Origin: an uncultured Clostridia bacterium
Lineage (GTDB): Bacteria > Bacillota > Clostridia > Christensenellales > UBA1242
Length of the DNA stretch: 64,000 nt
Assembly: GCA_944349895.1 (NCBI GenBank)
Contig: CALVNQ010000001.1
Coordinates: forward strand, 145,461-209,460
Reading direction: 5' to 3'
Shown one piece after another: positions 30,728-39,296 of the stretch (position 1 is its first letter; each line of letters starts with the position of its first letter). Under the pieces are notes generated by a model, which was not told the DNA's origin, made no database searches, and was given only the letters and a program-made list of their open reading frames with translations. A program made the translations under genes and the position numbers.

Positions 30728-31486
30728 CTAAATTGTTCTTGAGATTGCCAAAGAAATGATTTTAGAAACATTATCAATTTGCTGATGAATATCTTTTGGA
30801 GTTAAAATCAAATCATCAGGAAAGGATTCATCGACTTTGCCTGCCAACAGCATAGTTGGCACACCAATAGAAAGACAAGGAACTCCTAATGTATCCTTAC
30901 ATAACTTATGCCCAAGATTATTTACAGCACTCCCTGGTGTCATACCCACATCATTAATTTGAAAACAAGTTGCGAGTCTAGAAACACTTTCTGTAGCTAA
31001 TGCATCAATAATTAAAATTGCATCTATGTCCTGCCATATTGCAAGCATATGCACCACATCAAAAGAATTTATCCCGGTATTAGCAAAAATATTTGGCGCG
31101 AATTTAAAAATTCTTATTGATTTTTTAAAAACATCAATTTGAGTAAGCTTTAAAACTTTATCTCCTACCGAATCTGCCAAAATTTCAGGATTTCCTAATC
31201 CAACGATAAGCACTCGAGATTTTTTATTCAAATTATGCTTTCTTAATAATTTTTTTAAATATTTTGAAATTTCATACGCTAAATACTCAAAACAATCCAT
31301 TCCATAATAATGCATAAGTGGACAATTAAAAATAAAATAACTGCCCTTATCAAAACCTAGTTCTTTAGACTTAGCTAAAGAATCTACTTCAAGTTTTCCA
31401 ATTGTCAAAGAATACTTTCCTGGCTGAACAGTTTTATAGCCCAATTTTTTTAAATCAGATGCACATTCATCAATTAAATCTATCAT
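30728..31486 (-). CDS. gpr: Germination protease Gpr-like (A25 family), short form
   Basis: VLIVGLGNPEILADSVGD and IDALATESVSRLATCFQINDVGMTPGSAVNN resemble Gpr blocks. It is divergently adjacent to rpsT, as I recall for Bacillus. I moved the start to MIDLIDE (31486) because the upstream part overlaps the rpsT promoter. Confidence 0.6.
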   Translation of the reverse strand: MIDLIDECASDLKKLGYKTVQPGKYSLTIGKLEVDSLAKSKELGFDKGSYFIFNCPLMHYYGMDCFEYLAYEISKYLKKLLRKHNLNKKSRVLIVGLGNPEILADSVGDKVLKLTQIDVFKKSIRIFKFAPNIFANTGINSFDVVHMLAIWQDIDAILIIDALATESVSRLATCFQINDVGMTPGSAVNNLGHKLCKDTLGVPCLSIGVPTMLLAGKVDESFPDDLILTPKDIHQQIDNVSKIISLAISRTI

Positions 31487-31531
31487 ACAAATATATTTTG
31501 TCACAAAGAAGAAAAAAATATTTATTTTTAC

Positions 31532-31560
31532 TTGCAAAAAATGACTTATTATGATATACT
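31532..31560 (+). promoter_or_regulatory. Sigma-A-like promoter of rpsT
   Basis: TTGCAA (31532-31537), a 17-nt spacer, then TATACT (31555-31560). Confidence 0.6.
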
Positions 31561-31589
31561 CTCTCAAGAGACTTCAAAAGGAGATAAAA

Positions 31590-31868
31590 ATGGCAAACAT
31601 TAAATCAGCTAAGAAAAGAATTTTGGTAATTGAAAAAAATCACGAGAGAAATAAAGCTGTAAAATCCAAAATTTCAACATATACTAAAAAGTTTAAAACA
31701 GCTATAGCGGCCAATGATGTTGCTCTCAGTGAAAAAGCATATAGTGAGGTGACATCGATTCTTGATTCAGCAGTAGCAGATGGCGTTATTCATGCAAATT
31801 GTGCAGCCAGAAGAAAATCAAAATTTGCTAAAGAACTTGATAAAATAAAAAATACAGAAAGAAATTAA
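31590..31868 (+). CDS. rpsT: 30S ribosomal protein S20
   Basis: The protein starts MANIKSAKKRILVIEKNHERNKAVKSK. GGAG lies upstream of the ATG at 31590. Confidence 0.95.
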   Translation: MANIKSAKKRILVIEKNHERNKAVKSKISTYTKKFKTAIAANDVALSEKAYSEVTSILDSAVADGVIHANCAARRKSKFAKELDKIKNTERN

Positions 31869-31870
31869 AA

Positions 31871-31898
31871 AAGTCGAGATTCTAATCTCGACTTTTTT
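31871..31898. terminator. Bidirectional intrinsic terminator after rpsT
   Basis: AAGTCGAGAT (31871-31880) pairs with ATCTCGACTT (31885-31894) around loop TCTA and is followed by T6. Confidence 0.85.
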
Positions 31899-31909
31899 GT
31901 TTCAACAAA

Positions 31910-32320
31910 CTATTTTTTCTCTAATAAATTAGCGCTAATTTTATCATAAGCTTGACTTGCCTTGGCCATTATTTCGGCATTTTCATCTGAAACTTTTACA
32001 TTAATATTTTTCATACCTCTGTCATAACCGTTAGCCAAAAACTGTGCCAAAGCTAATGAATATAAAGGCAGTTCTTTATTTTTTAAATCAATTTCGGCAA
32101 ACTCTCTAAAAATTTTACCGAAATCATCTTTCACCACTTTGTTTGTTGTTCCTAAATATGCACTTGTTTTCATATCTACCAAATGACATATAGCAGAATC
32201 GCGACCATCTTTCATAACTAATATGCTCTGCCCTAATGCATTAGGTCTCGAAACATAAAGTAAATCTTCCAACAAATCATCATTAAAATCCACACGTTTT
32301 AAATCCTCATAAATACTCAT
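31910..32320 (-). CDS. Hypothetical cytoplasmic protein with its own promoter, flanking the phage-derived operon
   Basis: I place the start at MSIYEDLKRV (32320), with AGGAGG at 32330-32325. The longer ORF-track start lies upstream of the predicted -10 element. I recognise no motif. Confidence 0.5.
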   Translation of the reverse strand: MSIYEDLKRVDFNDDLLEDLLYVSRPNALGQSILVMKDGRDSAICHLVDMKTSAYLGTTNKVVKDDFGKIFREFAEIDLKNKELPLYSLALAQFLANGYDRGMKNINVKVSDENAEIMAKASQAYDKISANLLEKK

Positions 32321-32340
32321 ATTGCCTCCTACATAAGGAT

Positions 32341-32369
32341 ATATTACCATAAAATGGTAAAATTGTCAA
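32341..32369 (-). promoter_or_regulatory. Consensus-like sigma-A promoter for 31910-32320
   Basis: On the minus strand: TTGACA (32369-32364), a 17-nt spacer, then TAATAT (32346-32341). Confidence 0.65.
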
Positions 32370-32370
32370 T

Positions 32371-32397
32371 AGAAAAAAGAGGGTTATTCGCCCTCTT
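32371..32397 (-). terminator. Intrinsic terminator at the end of the phage-derived operon
   Basis: On the minus strand, AAGAGGG pairs with CCCTCTT with the holin TAA stop codon in the loop (32386-32384), followed by UUUUUU (32378-32373). Confidence 0.7.
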
Positions 32398-32644
32398 TTT
32401 CATCGCTCGAATCATCATAATCTGTTGTAATTTCAATTTCTTCGTTTTTATCTTTTGTTGAAGCAGGCAATGTCACCACACCAAACACCACAAGAAGCCC
32501 AGCAACAGACATAACAATATCGGTGACAAGTTTTTCCTCAATTTCAAAACCAAAAGCTCTGCCAAGCGCACCTATGAGTATAACCAAAGCACTTGCTAAA
32601 GCTGTCCAAAAACTATACGAGCGAATCAGATTTTTTATCTTCAT
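32384..32644 (-). CDS. Phage holin, two-TM (phiLC3/LL-H-like family)
   Basis: The protein MKIKNLIRSYSFWTALASALVILIGALGRAFG...VAGLLVVFGVVTL is followed by an acidic tail. A strong RBS (AAAGGAGG) lies before the ATG at 32644. Confidence 0.7.
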   Translation of the reverse strand: MKIKNLIRSYSFWTALASALVILIGALGRAFGFEIEEKLVTDIVMSVAGLLVVFGVVTLPASTKDKNEEIEITTDYDDSSDEKEGE

Positions 32645-32867
32645 TTTTTTTCCTCCTTTTAGGAGTAACAACTTCTTTTAAATATTCAACATCTTCTTTG
32701 ATTTGATCTATGACGCCGATATGATTGGTAAGATTTTCAATGGTTTTTTGATATTTTTCTTCTCTTTTTTTACTATCTTTTAACTGATAACAAAATAAAG
32801 CGACAAACAAAACAGCAAAAATACCATTGCTAATAATCACACTAACAATTTCTTGCCAAACAGCCAT
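32613..32867 (-). CDS. BhlA/UviB-family holin-like protein
   Basis: The protein MAVWQEIVSVIISNGIFAVLFVALFCYQLKDSKKREEKY carries the FAVLF...SK.RE.K pattern I recall from B. subtilis BhlA. The ATG at 32867 lies 1 nt after the upstream stop. Confidence 0.65.
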   Translation of the reverse strand: MAVWQEIVSVIISNGIFAVLFVALFCYQLKDSKKREEKYQKTIENLTNHIGVIDQIKEDVEYLKEVVTPKRRKKNEDKKSDSLV

Positions 32868-32868
32868 A

Positions 32869-33156
32869 TTATAATTCTCGAACAAGTTTATCGTAGAAAA
32901 TGCCCAACATTCCTCTTAATTGTCCATTAGTCTCAAGAAAACTTAAAGCAACTTCTTTATCAAAATTTTTTAAAAAATTCAAGGTAACATTATAGATATG
33001 TAATTGCTCATTAAATAAATCTGAAGAAACTAGATTATTTTCATCACCGCTGTCATTTTTTTTAATTTGGTTAATTAAACTATTCATTTCAATTTTCTCT
33101 CCTCTTAAAGAAAGTCTTTTTAAAAAAGATGAAGAACATCTATCAATCAAAATCAT
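32869..33156 (-). CDS. Hypothetical phage-module protein
   Basis: The 95-aa ORF has an ATGA overlap with the upstream 490-aa gene. Confidence 0.45.
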   Translation of the reverse strand: MILIDRCSSSFLKRLSLRGEKIEMNSLINQIKKNDSGDENNLVSSDLFNEQLHIYNVTLNFLKNFDKEVALSFLETNGQLRGMLGIFYDKLVREL

Positions 33157-34625
33157 AAAAATACCTTAAATGAGATTTCAGGACAAGAAAGCAAAACTGA
33201 GCCACTATCTGAGATAAAAGAAATTGAAAAGTTTTTACCGAAAATATTTGTTCTAAATCTTTGAGTCAAATTGGATAAAGCAATATCAAAAGAAAAGTTA
33301 TCACCCTCAGATGAAATAATGATCTTCCCTACAAATCCAGGTTTAATTATAATTTCTGAAATTCTCTTATCTTTAAAAGCATAACCAAAATCGGTATTGA
33401 CCGATTGCCAAACTTTTTTAAGTGGGGCACCAAAAAAACAACCGTCCTGAGTAAGCTCACCAATACAGTTCTTTTTATCCCCTCTAAAAATAGCACATAA
33501 TTTGTTTAATTGAGGGGTTTGTAAAATAATCATATCCGCGACATCGACCCCTCTTAAAATATCAAAAGTGTTTTCTGACAAATCATAAATCAAAACGGCA
33601 TTATTAACAAACTGTCCGCTTTCGACACCTATAGCATAAGAATCATTAGCGTTCAATTTACAAGCTAGGAAATATTTATTTTTAAAACAAACAGCTTTAC
33701 AATCACTATTATTTTGAGAAACAATTTTATCAATAAATGGTACTTCAATTTTAGAAACTGAATTGCCATTAAGTTTAAATAATCCGTCATCGCTCAAAAA
33801 GATAATAACATCTCCATTTTTTGCAATAGAATTTGGATAAATATAAGAATTAGACTCGTAGATATTATCAACAGAGATTTTAGAATCTGCACTATATAAA
33901 GAAAGTTTACTGATACCAAATTCACGAAAAATAAACAAATCATCTTCCAATGAAATGAGTTTTGTTAAGCCACCTCTTACACCAGGTATTTCAATAGTGG
34001 AAACATTGTCATCATTCCATATATTAATCCGACTTTCACTATACATAAGTTCATTATTAGCACCCACTGTAATCAAGAAAAAATATGGGCCATGCCAACA
34101 AGCAGAAACAAATTTGGGAATATTATCATAAACTTGAGTTCCTGAGCCATTTAAACCAACAGTTTGGTCGGAAGCAGAAGCTAAAAACAAAGTATCGTTA
34201 TCCGAATTAATTCTAAACGGAGCGGCATTAGGTATCTGAGTAAAAGTTTTTGTAGAATCATACATAAACTTATTGCCTAGGGTATTAAAGAAAAACATTT
34301 TAAGATTCTGATCCAAATAAACTATATAATATTTATCAATATTTTCTAAATTATCAAATAGAACAAAAAACCAAAGGGCCTTTATTTCTGTTGCAGTAAC
34401 ATCAAAATCTTGCATAACATTTGATTGAGATAAAACAGGCAATTGAAGTTTTTTGAAGCCAAACCCTTGAGTTAAAGCACCTGAAGAAATAGAAAAATTG
34501 TAAAAACTTTTTGTTTCATTAGCATCAATAATTGAATCGTCACCTTTTTTAAGTTGATTAAACTTATCAAATCTAAAATTAATTATTTTCGAATTTTTAG
34601 TTTGAAAATTCTTTTTAAGGAACAT
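33153..34625 (-). CDS. Phage structural protein with repeated blade-like strands (candidate tail tube, nozzle or stabilisation protein)
   Basis: The 490-aa protein has recurring hydrophobic strand motifs every ~40-50 aa: LFLASASD, YFFLITVG, LFIFREFG, VIIFLSDDG, YFLACKL, AVLIYDL, LCAIFRG. Its position corresponds to tubular protein B of podoviruses. Confidence 0.45.
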   Translation of the reverse strand: MFLKKNFQTKNSKIINFRFDKFNQLKKGDDSIIDANETKSFYNFSISSGALTQGFGFKKLQLPVLSQSNVMQDFDVTATEIKALWFFVLFDNLENIDKYYIVYLDQNLKMFFFNTLGNKFMYDSTKTFTQIPNAAPFRINSDNDTLFLASASDQTVGLNGSGTQVYDNIPKFVSACWHGPYFFLITVGANNELMYSESRINIWNDDNVSTIEIPGVRGGLTKLISLEDDLFIFREFGISKLSLYSADSKISVDNIYESNSYIYPNSIAKNGDVIIFLSDDGLFKLNGNSVSKIEVPFIDKIVSQNNSDCKAVCFKNKYFLACKLNANDSYAIGVESGQFVNNAVLIYDLSENTFDILRGVDVADMIILQTPQLNKLCAIFRGDKKNCIGELTQDGCFFGAPLKKVWQSVNTDFGYAFKDKRISEIIIKPGFVGKIIISSEGDNFSFDIALSNLTQRFRTNIFGKNFSISFISDSGSVLLSCPEISFKVFL

Positions 34626-34637
34626 AAATACCTCCTC

Positions 34638-35192
34638 CTAAAATTTCCAAGGACGTTTTGGAAGTTTAATGAGTGATTTTTTACGCATAAATGATACTAA
34701 AGAATCTTTAAATCTATTTTCATACAAAAGAGCCTCATCAGATTGGCCTTGAAAGAAATAAAATTCTCTAACAACGCCATAAACCAAAACTCTATCTGGG
34801 AAAATCACTGAAATTTCATCGCCGAACTCTAAAGGCTCGGGAATGGTTTGATAAACGACATCGACTTGATCCTGTGAATTCAATTTAATGTGGTCAACAG
34901 ATTGTAAATAAGGAACATTTCTACCAGAATGGTTTTTAACTGAAATGATCCCACTGATAGGTTTAGAAAAACTGTCAAAATAAATTAAGCCGTTATCAGA
35001 AGAAACTGTTTCTTCGACTAAAATAGGAATATATTCAGTAACAATCTCTTCATAAGCCAAATTAGCACAAGAAAGTAAAATGTCAAGTTTAGCATTTTGA
35101 ATATCGTCTCCGTTTTCGGTTCCAACGACATCAACGAGATCATCGAAACCTAATATTTTGCAGCTTAACTTAATTATATTATTAATATTCAT
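34638..35192 (-). CDS. Candidate head-tail adaptor or connector protein
   Basis: The 184-aa ORF has the size and position of podovirus adaptor (tubular protein A) genes. It overlaps the upstream gene by 1 nt (TAATG). Confidence 0.35.
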   Translation of the reverse strand: MNINNIIKLSCKILGFDDLVDVVGTENGDDIQNAKLDILLSCANLAYEEIVTEYIPILVEETVSSDNGLIYFDSFSKPISGIISVKNHSGRNVPYLQSVDHIKLNSQDQVDVVYQTIPEPLEFGDEISVIFPDRVLVYGVVREFYFFQGQSDEALLYENRFKDSLVSFMRKKSLIKLPKRPWKF

Positions 35193-35503
35193 TAGAGCAC
35201 CTCTTTTATTTGATCAATAGCATGATTTAACAAATTTTTTTTCAATTTATCATTATAAGAATCCATTTCATCTATTAGTTTATCAAAATTTTGTTTTCTG
35301 GTTTTTCTGGCCAAAAAAACAGTCCGTTCATCCAAACAATCAAAAGGCAAAGTGAGAGCGAACGTTGAATCTTTTTGAGAAGAATTATGTAACTCAAAAG
35401 TATGTTTAATGTTATTAAAAACCAAAAAATAATTTTCATCAATATCCCTTAATCTTTCAGTGATATAAAAAGGATCATTATCAATCAAAATTTGACTTGT
35501 CAT
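35192..35503 (-). CDS. Hypothetical phage-module protein
   Basis: I chose ATG at 35503 (MTSQILIDNDPFY), with AAAGGAG 5 nt upstream. Confidence 0.45.
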   Translation of the reverse strand: MTSQILIDNDPFYITERLRDIDENYFLVFNNIKHTFELHNSSQKDSTFALTLPFDCLDERTVFLARKTRKQNFDKLIDEMDSYNDKLKKNLLNHAIDQIKEVL

Positions 35504-35524
35504 AGTAACTCCTTTAAAAATCAA

Positions 35525-35541
35525 AGGGGCAAAAAGCCCCT
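35525..35541 (-). terminator. GC-rich hairpin just after the capsid gene (candidate partial terminator or attenuator)
   Basis: On the minus strand, AGGGGC UUUUU GCCCCU is followed by UUGAUUUUU. It lies 6 nt after the capsid stop codon. Confidence 0.5.
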
Positions 35542-35546
35542 ATTAA

Positions 35547-36782
35547 TTAAGCTCCTGTGTCATCTTCGCCAGTTGTAGTTGAAGAAGAACTATCGCCTGT
35601 ACTATTAGATAAGAAAGGATTAGTAACAGTAGATTTAATTCCACTGATTTTAGCCTGGCCATTAGGTTTATCACAAACAAGCTCAGCATATTTAACAAGA
35701 GTAGCATAGTAAGAAGGTAAATTAGCGTTTTGTCTTAAAATTTTACCATCTTCGCCTTCAATCCATTTCCAATCACAAAGTTCATGTATAACGAAGTCAT
35801 CAGTATTAAGCAAATACATAGTATCAGCATCAACAAATCTATCAGCTACCAAAGGTATACCATTGTAAGAAATAGCTTTGAATCCACCCTCAAGATTCAT
35901 AATATCAATATTAGATCTATAAGCAGTAAGATATTGTTGATAAGCTCTTCTTACAGCACTAGAACAAGCAATAAAGTTGATTTTAGAATCAGCATTTTCT
36001 TCAAGAAAATCAATAGCAGTTTGAATTAAGTTATCTGAAATTTCGGTTTCAGAAGACGACATATAAGGATTCATCCATTGATAATCAGCTCTTGTAAGGC
36101 CATACAAAGTTGTAGAATCAGAGAAAATAGCTCCCAAACCTGTAATTTCAAGATCTTTTGAATTTTGAACATACATGGTGTAAGATCCCGATGTAATGGT
36201 TAAAGATTTATCAATTTTAATAGTCTTATTAATTCTATCTACATACAAAATTTTAGCTCTTGAAAGAACTGGTAAACTTCTAGAATCAACAAAATCTATT
36301 AACATACCTTCAATAAGATTATTAACTTTATCACAAGTAATAACCCCATCAGAAACAGAAATTGCTTTTCCTAAAGCACCTGTTCCATCGCCATAAAGCA
36401 TTCTTCCAAGGTTAAAAGTACTTGCTTTAACAAGGCTCTCCATTTCATCAGAAAGCAAATTAACGAAAGCACCAACATTGTTAGCTGAAGCACGAATGGC
36501 TTTATCTGTGATTTCGATTTTACCATAAAGATTTTTTAAATCTGTTTTAAATTGAACATAATTATTCCCTGAAGCGTTAGGCAATTGAGTATTTTCGCCG
36601 CCGGCTCCGATACCACCGTTAATACCATAAGGAGCAAGTTTGATGACTTCTTTCCCCCAAACATCTTTATTAGTTCTTTTAATTTTGGTTAAGAGTGGGT
36701 TTGCTGCAACATTAAGTTGATTAGCGACAACTCCAAGATAAACGGTTTTAAGTGCGTTTTCAGCACTAGTTAAAGTAACCAT
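35547..36782 (-). CDS. Phage major capsid protein
   Basis: The 411-aa ORF follows the scaffold-like gene directly. AGGAGG lies 7 nt upstream of its start. The assignment rests mainly on gene order and size, plus my unverified impression that the sequence is HK97/P22-coat-like. The tail is S/T-rich. Confidence 0.65.
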   Translation of the reverse strand: MVTLTSAENALKTVYLGVVANQLNVAANPLLTKIKRTNKDVWGKEVIKLAPYGINGGIGAGGENTQLPNASGNNYVQFKTDLKNLYGKIEITDKAIRASANNVGAFVNLLSDEMESLVKASTFNLGRMLYGDGTGALGKAISVSDGVITCDKVNNLIEGMLIDFVDSRSLPVLSRAKILYVDRINKTIKIDKSLTITSGSYTMYVQNSKDLEITGLGAIFSDSTTLYGLTRADYQWMNPYMSSSETEISDNLIQTAIDFLEENADSKINFIACSSAVRRAYQQYLTAYRSNIDIMNLEGGFKAISYNGIPLVADRFVDADTMYLLNTDDFVIHELCDWKWIEGEDGKILRQNANLPSYYATLVKYAELVCDKPNGQAKISGIKSTVTNPFLSNSTGDSSSSTTTGEDDTGA

Positions 36783-36797
36783 AATAATTCCTCCTAA

Positions 36798-37415
36798 TTA
36801 ACTGAACAAATCTTCCACCAATTTTTTAGCCTCTGCGAGCGAAGAAGGGGTGACCGGTTTTTGTCCAGTCACTTTTTCCCCGTTATCGCGACAAATGACA
36901 AAAGGTGGTTGATTAGATTTTAGTTCTTTCATATAATTTTCAATGACATGATTTTTAAGTTCTTCGTCTTGAAAAACATATTTTTTAATAATAGGGTTAT
37001 CGAGTTTTGATTCTCCTGAAGCCAACTTATTAACTAACAATGATGCCCATAAGTTATCAAAATCAACCCTACCGCCCTGTTGGATGCTTAAATTTTTAAG
37101 CTCATCAGCAAAAGGACTTGCATCGCTTTGTCTAGAAAGGAACGAAGAAAGTTCATCATTGATAAAATTCTCATTGATGGTTGCTTTTTCGGTTTTATCT
37201 TTCTCAAGTTCGCTTAGCCTTTGACTTTTACGTGTAAATTCGGCTTCTAGAGCTTTATAAGCTTCGAAAAGCGCATCAGCAGATTTAAATTTGCCGAAAT
37301 TAACACCTAAGTTGTTTAAGGAGCCCCCCTCACTATCGGCACTTTTAACTAATGTTTCGTCAGAAACTGTTGCCTGTTCCTCGGTTGGTTGTTCCTTAAT
37401 TAAATTATCTTCCAT
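36798..37415 (-). CDS. Phage scaffolding-like protein
   Basis: The 205-aa acidic, helical protein (ALFEAYKALEAEFTRKSQRLSELEKDK) lies between the portal and capsid genes. Confidence 0.55.
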   Translation of the reverse strand: MEDNLIKEQPTEEQATVSDETLVKSADSEGGSLNNLGVNFGKFKSADALFEAYKALEAEFTRKSQRLSELEKDKTEKATINENFINDELSSFLSRQSDASPFADELKNLSIQQGGRVDFDNLWASLLVNKLASGESKLDNPIIKKYVFQDEELKNHVIENYMKELKSNQPPFVICRDNGEKVTGQKPVTPSSLAEAKKLVEDLFS

Positions 37416-37424
37416 AATAACCTC

Positions 37425-39296
37425 CTAATTTAATTCGTTAGACTTTTCAAGAAATTTTTTATGTTCTCTAATATGATTTAAAAATAAATCTTCCAATTTA
37501 GGATTAATTAGAGATTTTTCTTCAAAATCTCCTCCTAACATAAACGCGATATGTTTATCGATATGAAGTTCATGACTGTCTATTTCTAAAACTTTAACTG
37601 ATTTGCCATCTAACAATTTTAAATTTTCATTATCAGCTTTTTTAATATGAAGCTCACTTGTGTCTTGAGCATTTTCCCAAATACCAAAACCTAACATTTC
37701 CAAAGCTTTAACTTTCATTTTTTTACTCATACCGTCATTTTGATCATTTAACAAACCAGCTTCAATAAGATCAAACACCATTTGTCTGCGCTGAGCAAGG
37801 CTTTCGCCTAATTCATTTTGAGTTTCGAGTTCAATATCGTCACTTGAAATATCGCTAGAATTGAAGTAAAAAATTTCGACATCACCGTTATCTCCGACAA
37901 TTCTGGCAAGCCTAGGAATAATAGCATACTGCTTATATAATCTTAAAATCATTTGAGAAATATTTTTCACGCAAATCTTCATATTATCGGCTGAATTATT
38001 TAGTCTCAATTCATCTTGCTCAACCATTAATTGAAGAGCGACCCCAGAAATATTAGAAGACACATAATCAGTATCAAGGACCTCATTTACTCCACTAACA
38101 GATTTAAATTCATCTAAGAGATTTTTTTCTTCCTCGGCAAAACTAGAAGAAAGATTTTCTCCATTTAAATACTCAGGAGCATTAGCACCTTGCCTATAAA
38201 CTATAATTTTACCAGGGCACAATCCTTCGTCTTCAAGGTTTTCAATATCCACAGACCCATCTTCAACTTTTAGCACTCCCATGGTTAATCTGTTCATAAA
38301 TTCATGCTTGCGGTTTTTGACTGCATTATAAGCTCTTTGAACAGGTATTAACCTGTCAATAACACTAGCGCCCCAAAAAGAACCCACTTGATTAAGAGAA
38401 ACTTGCTTAATAAAAGGGAAATCCCTGGAATAATCTTTGCCGATAGCGAAAGGCAATTCTCCGTCATAGAAAAGATGATCTCCGACAACAATAGTAAGTC
38501 TGCCAAAAGGAAAATCCTTGGTAGGTTTTTCATATCTCTCAATAACGATAGCGCTATTGGCTTTCACGCCTTGACAAATTTTAGGCGCAGCAGAAGAGTA
38601 TCCCAGTCCCCCCAGGCCTACACTCGTTGAATCAAGAGAAAAGATATTAATATCTTCACCTAAGATATCAATATCATAGATGGATTTAATTTTATCAACA
38701 TCCATAGCTCTAGCGTGAATAATGCTTTGACAAGATTCTATATCTTCACAAGTGAAACTATCTGGATAAATTTCGAAAGGGGAACAAACTGTAATGTCGA
38801 CTTCACCACTTCTGACTTCCTCTCCGTTATCTTCTTTGGCAACAACTTGTCCTTGAGAAGGATCCCAAGAAATTTTATAAAAACTAGTCCCACAAATTTC
38901 GCTCCATTGCATAGCTTCAGTTAACTTTTTAGATAAATCCAACTTATTAGTAATGCTATCTAAGATTTTTTTAGAAACTTTAGAAGCGAAGACATCTCTC
39001 TCATCATTAGAAGCAGGCAAGACATTTGTTTTAGGTTTGATTTTACCGAGTTTAGCTAATCTAACGTCGACAATAGGTGCCACATGATTAAATATTTCTC
39101 TTTCTTGCCAAAAATATTGTTTATCTAGATCTTCAATTTCGCCAGCATAACCAATATCACAGAATTGATTTCCCATATAAAAATTAATATTCATGAGCCA
39201 TTGAGTTTCAAAAGGTTTTCTAGCTCTTTGGCGCTCAGCGAAATCTTCCTGTACAAATTTAACAATTTGTTCTTGTTGTTTAGTCATTTTTTTCAT
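37425..39296 (-). CDS. Phage portal protein
   Basis: The 623-aa protein has an N-terminal RKPFETQWLMNINFYMGNQF block typical of portal proteins. It lies upstream of the scaffold and capsid genes. Confidence 0.7.
   Translation of the reverse strand: MKKMTKQQEQIVKFVQEDFAERQRARKPFETQWLMNINFYMGNQFCDIGYAGEIEDLDKQYFWQEREIFNHVAPIVDVRLAKLGKIKPKTNVLPASNDERDVFASKVSKKILDSITNKLDLSKKLTEAMQWSEICGTSFYKISWDPSQGQVVAKEDNGEEVRSGEVDITVCSPFEIYPDSFTCEDIESCQSIIHARAMDVDKIKSIYDIDILGEDINIFSLDSTSVGLGGLGYSSAAPKICQGVKANSAIVIERYEKPTKDFPFGRLTIVVGDHLFYDGELPFAIGKDYSRDFPFIKQVSLNQVGSFWGASVIDRLIPVQRAYNAVKNRKHEFMNRLTMGVLKVEDGSVDIENLEDEGLCPGKIIVYRQGANAPEYLNGENLSSSFAEEEKNLLDEFKSVSGVNEVLDTDYVSSNISGVALQLMVEQDELRLNNSADNMKICVKNISQMILRLYKQYAIIPRLARIVGDNGDVEIFYFNSSDISSDDIELETQNELGESLAQRRQMVFDLIEAGLLNDQNDGMSKKMKVKALEMLGFGIWENAQDTSELHIKKADNENLKLLDGKSVKVLEIDSHELHIDKHIAFMLGGDFEEKSLINPKLEDLFLNHIREHKKFLEKSNELN

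Noticed and set aside
32613-32671. The apparent 59-nt overlap between the two holin ORFs could have meant a frameshifted pseudogene.
   Set aside because: With the RBS-supported ATG at 32644 the overlap shrinks to 32 nt. Both proteins are full-length for their families, and short overlaps are common in phage lysis cassettes.
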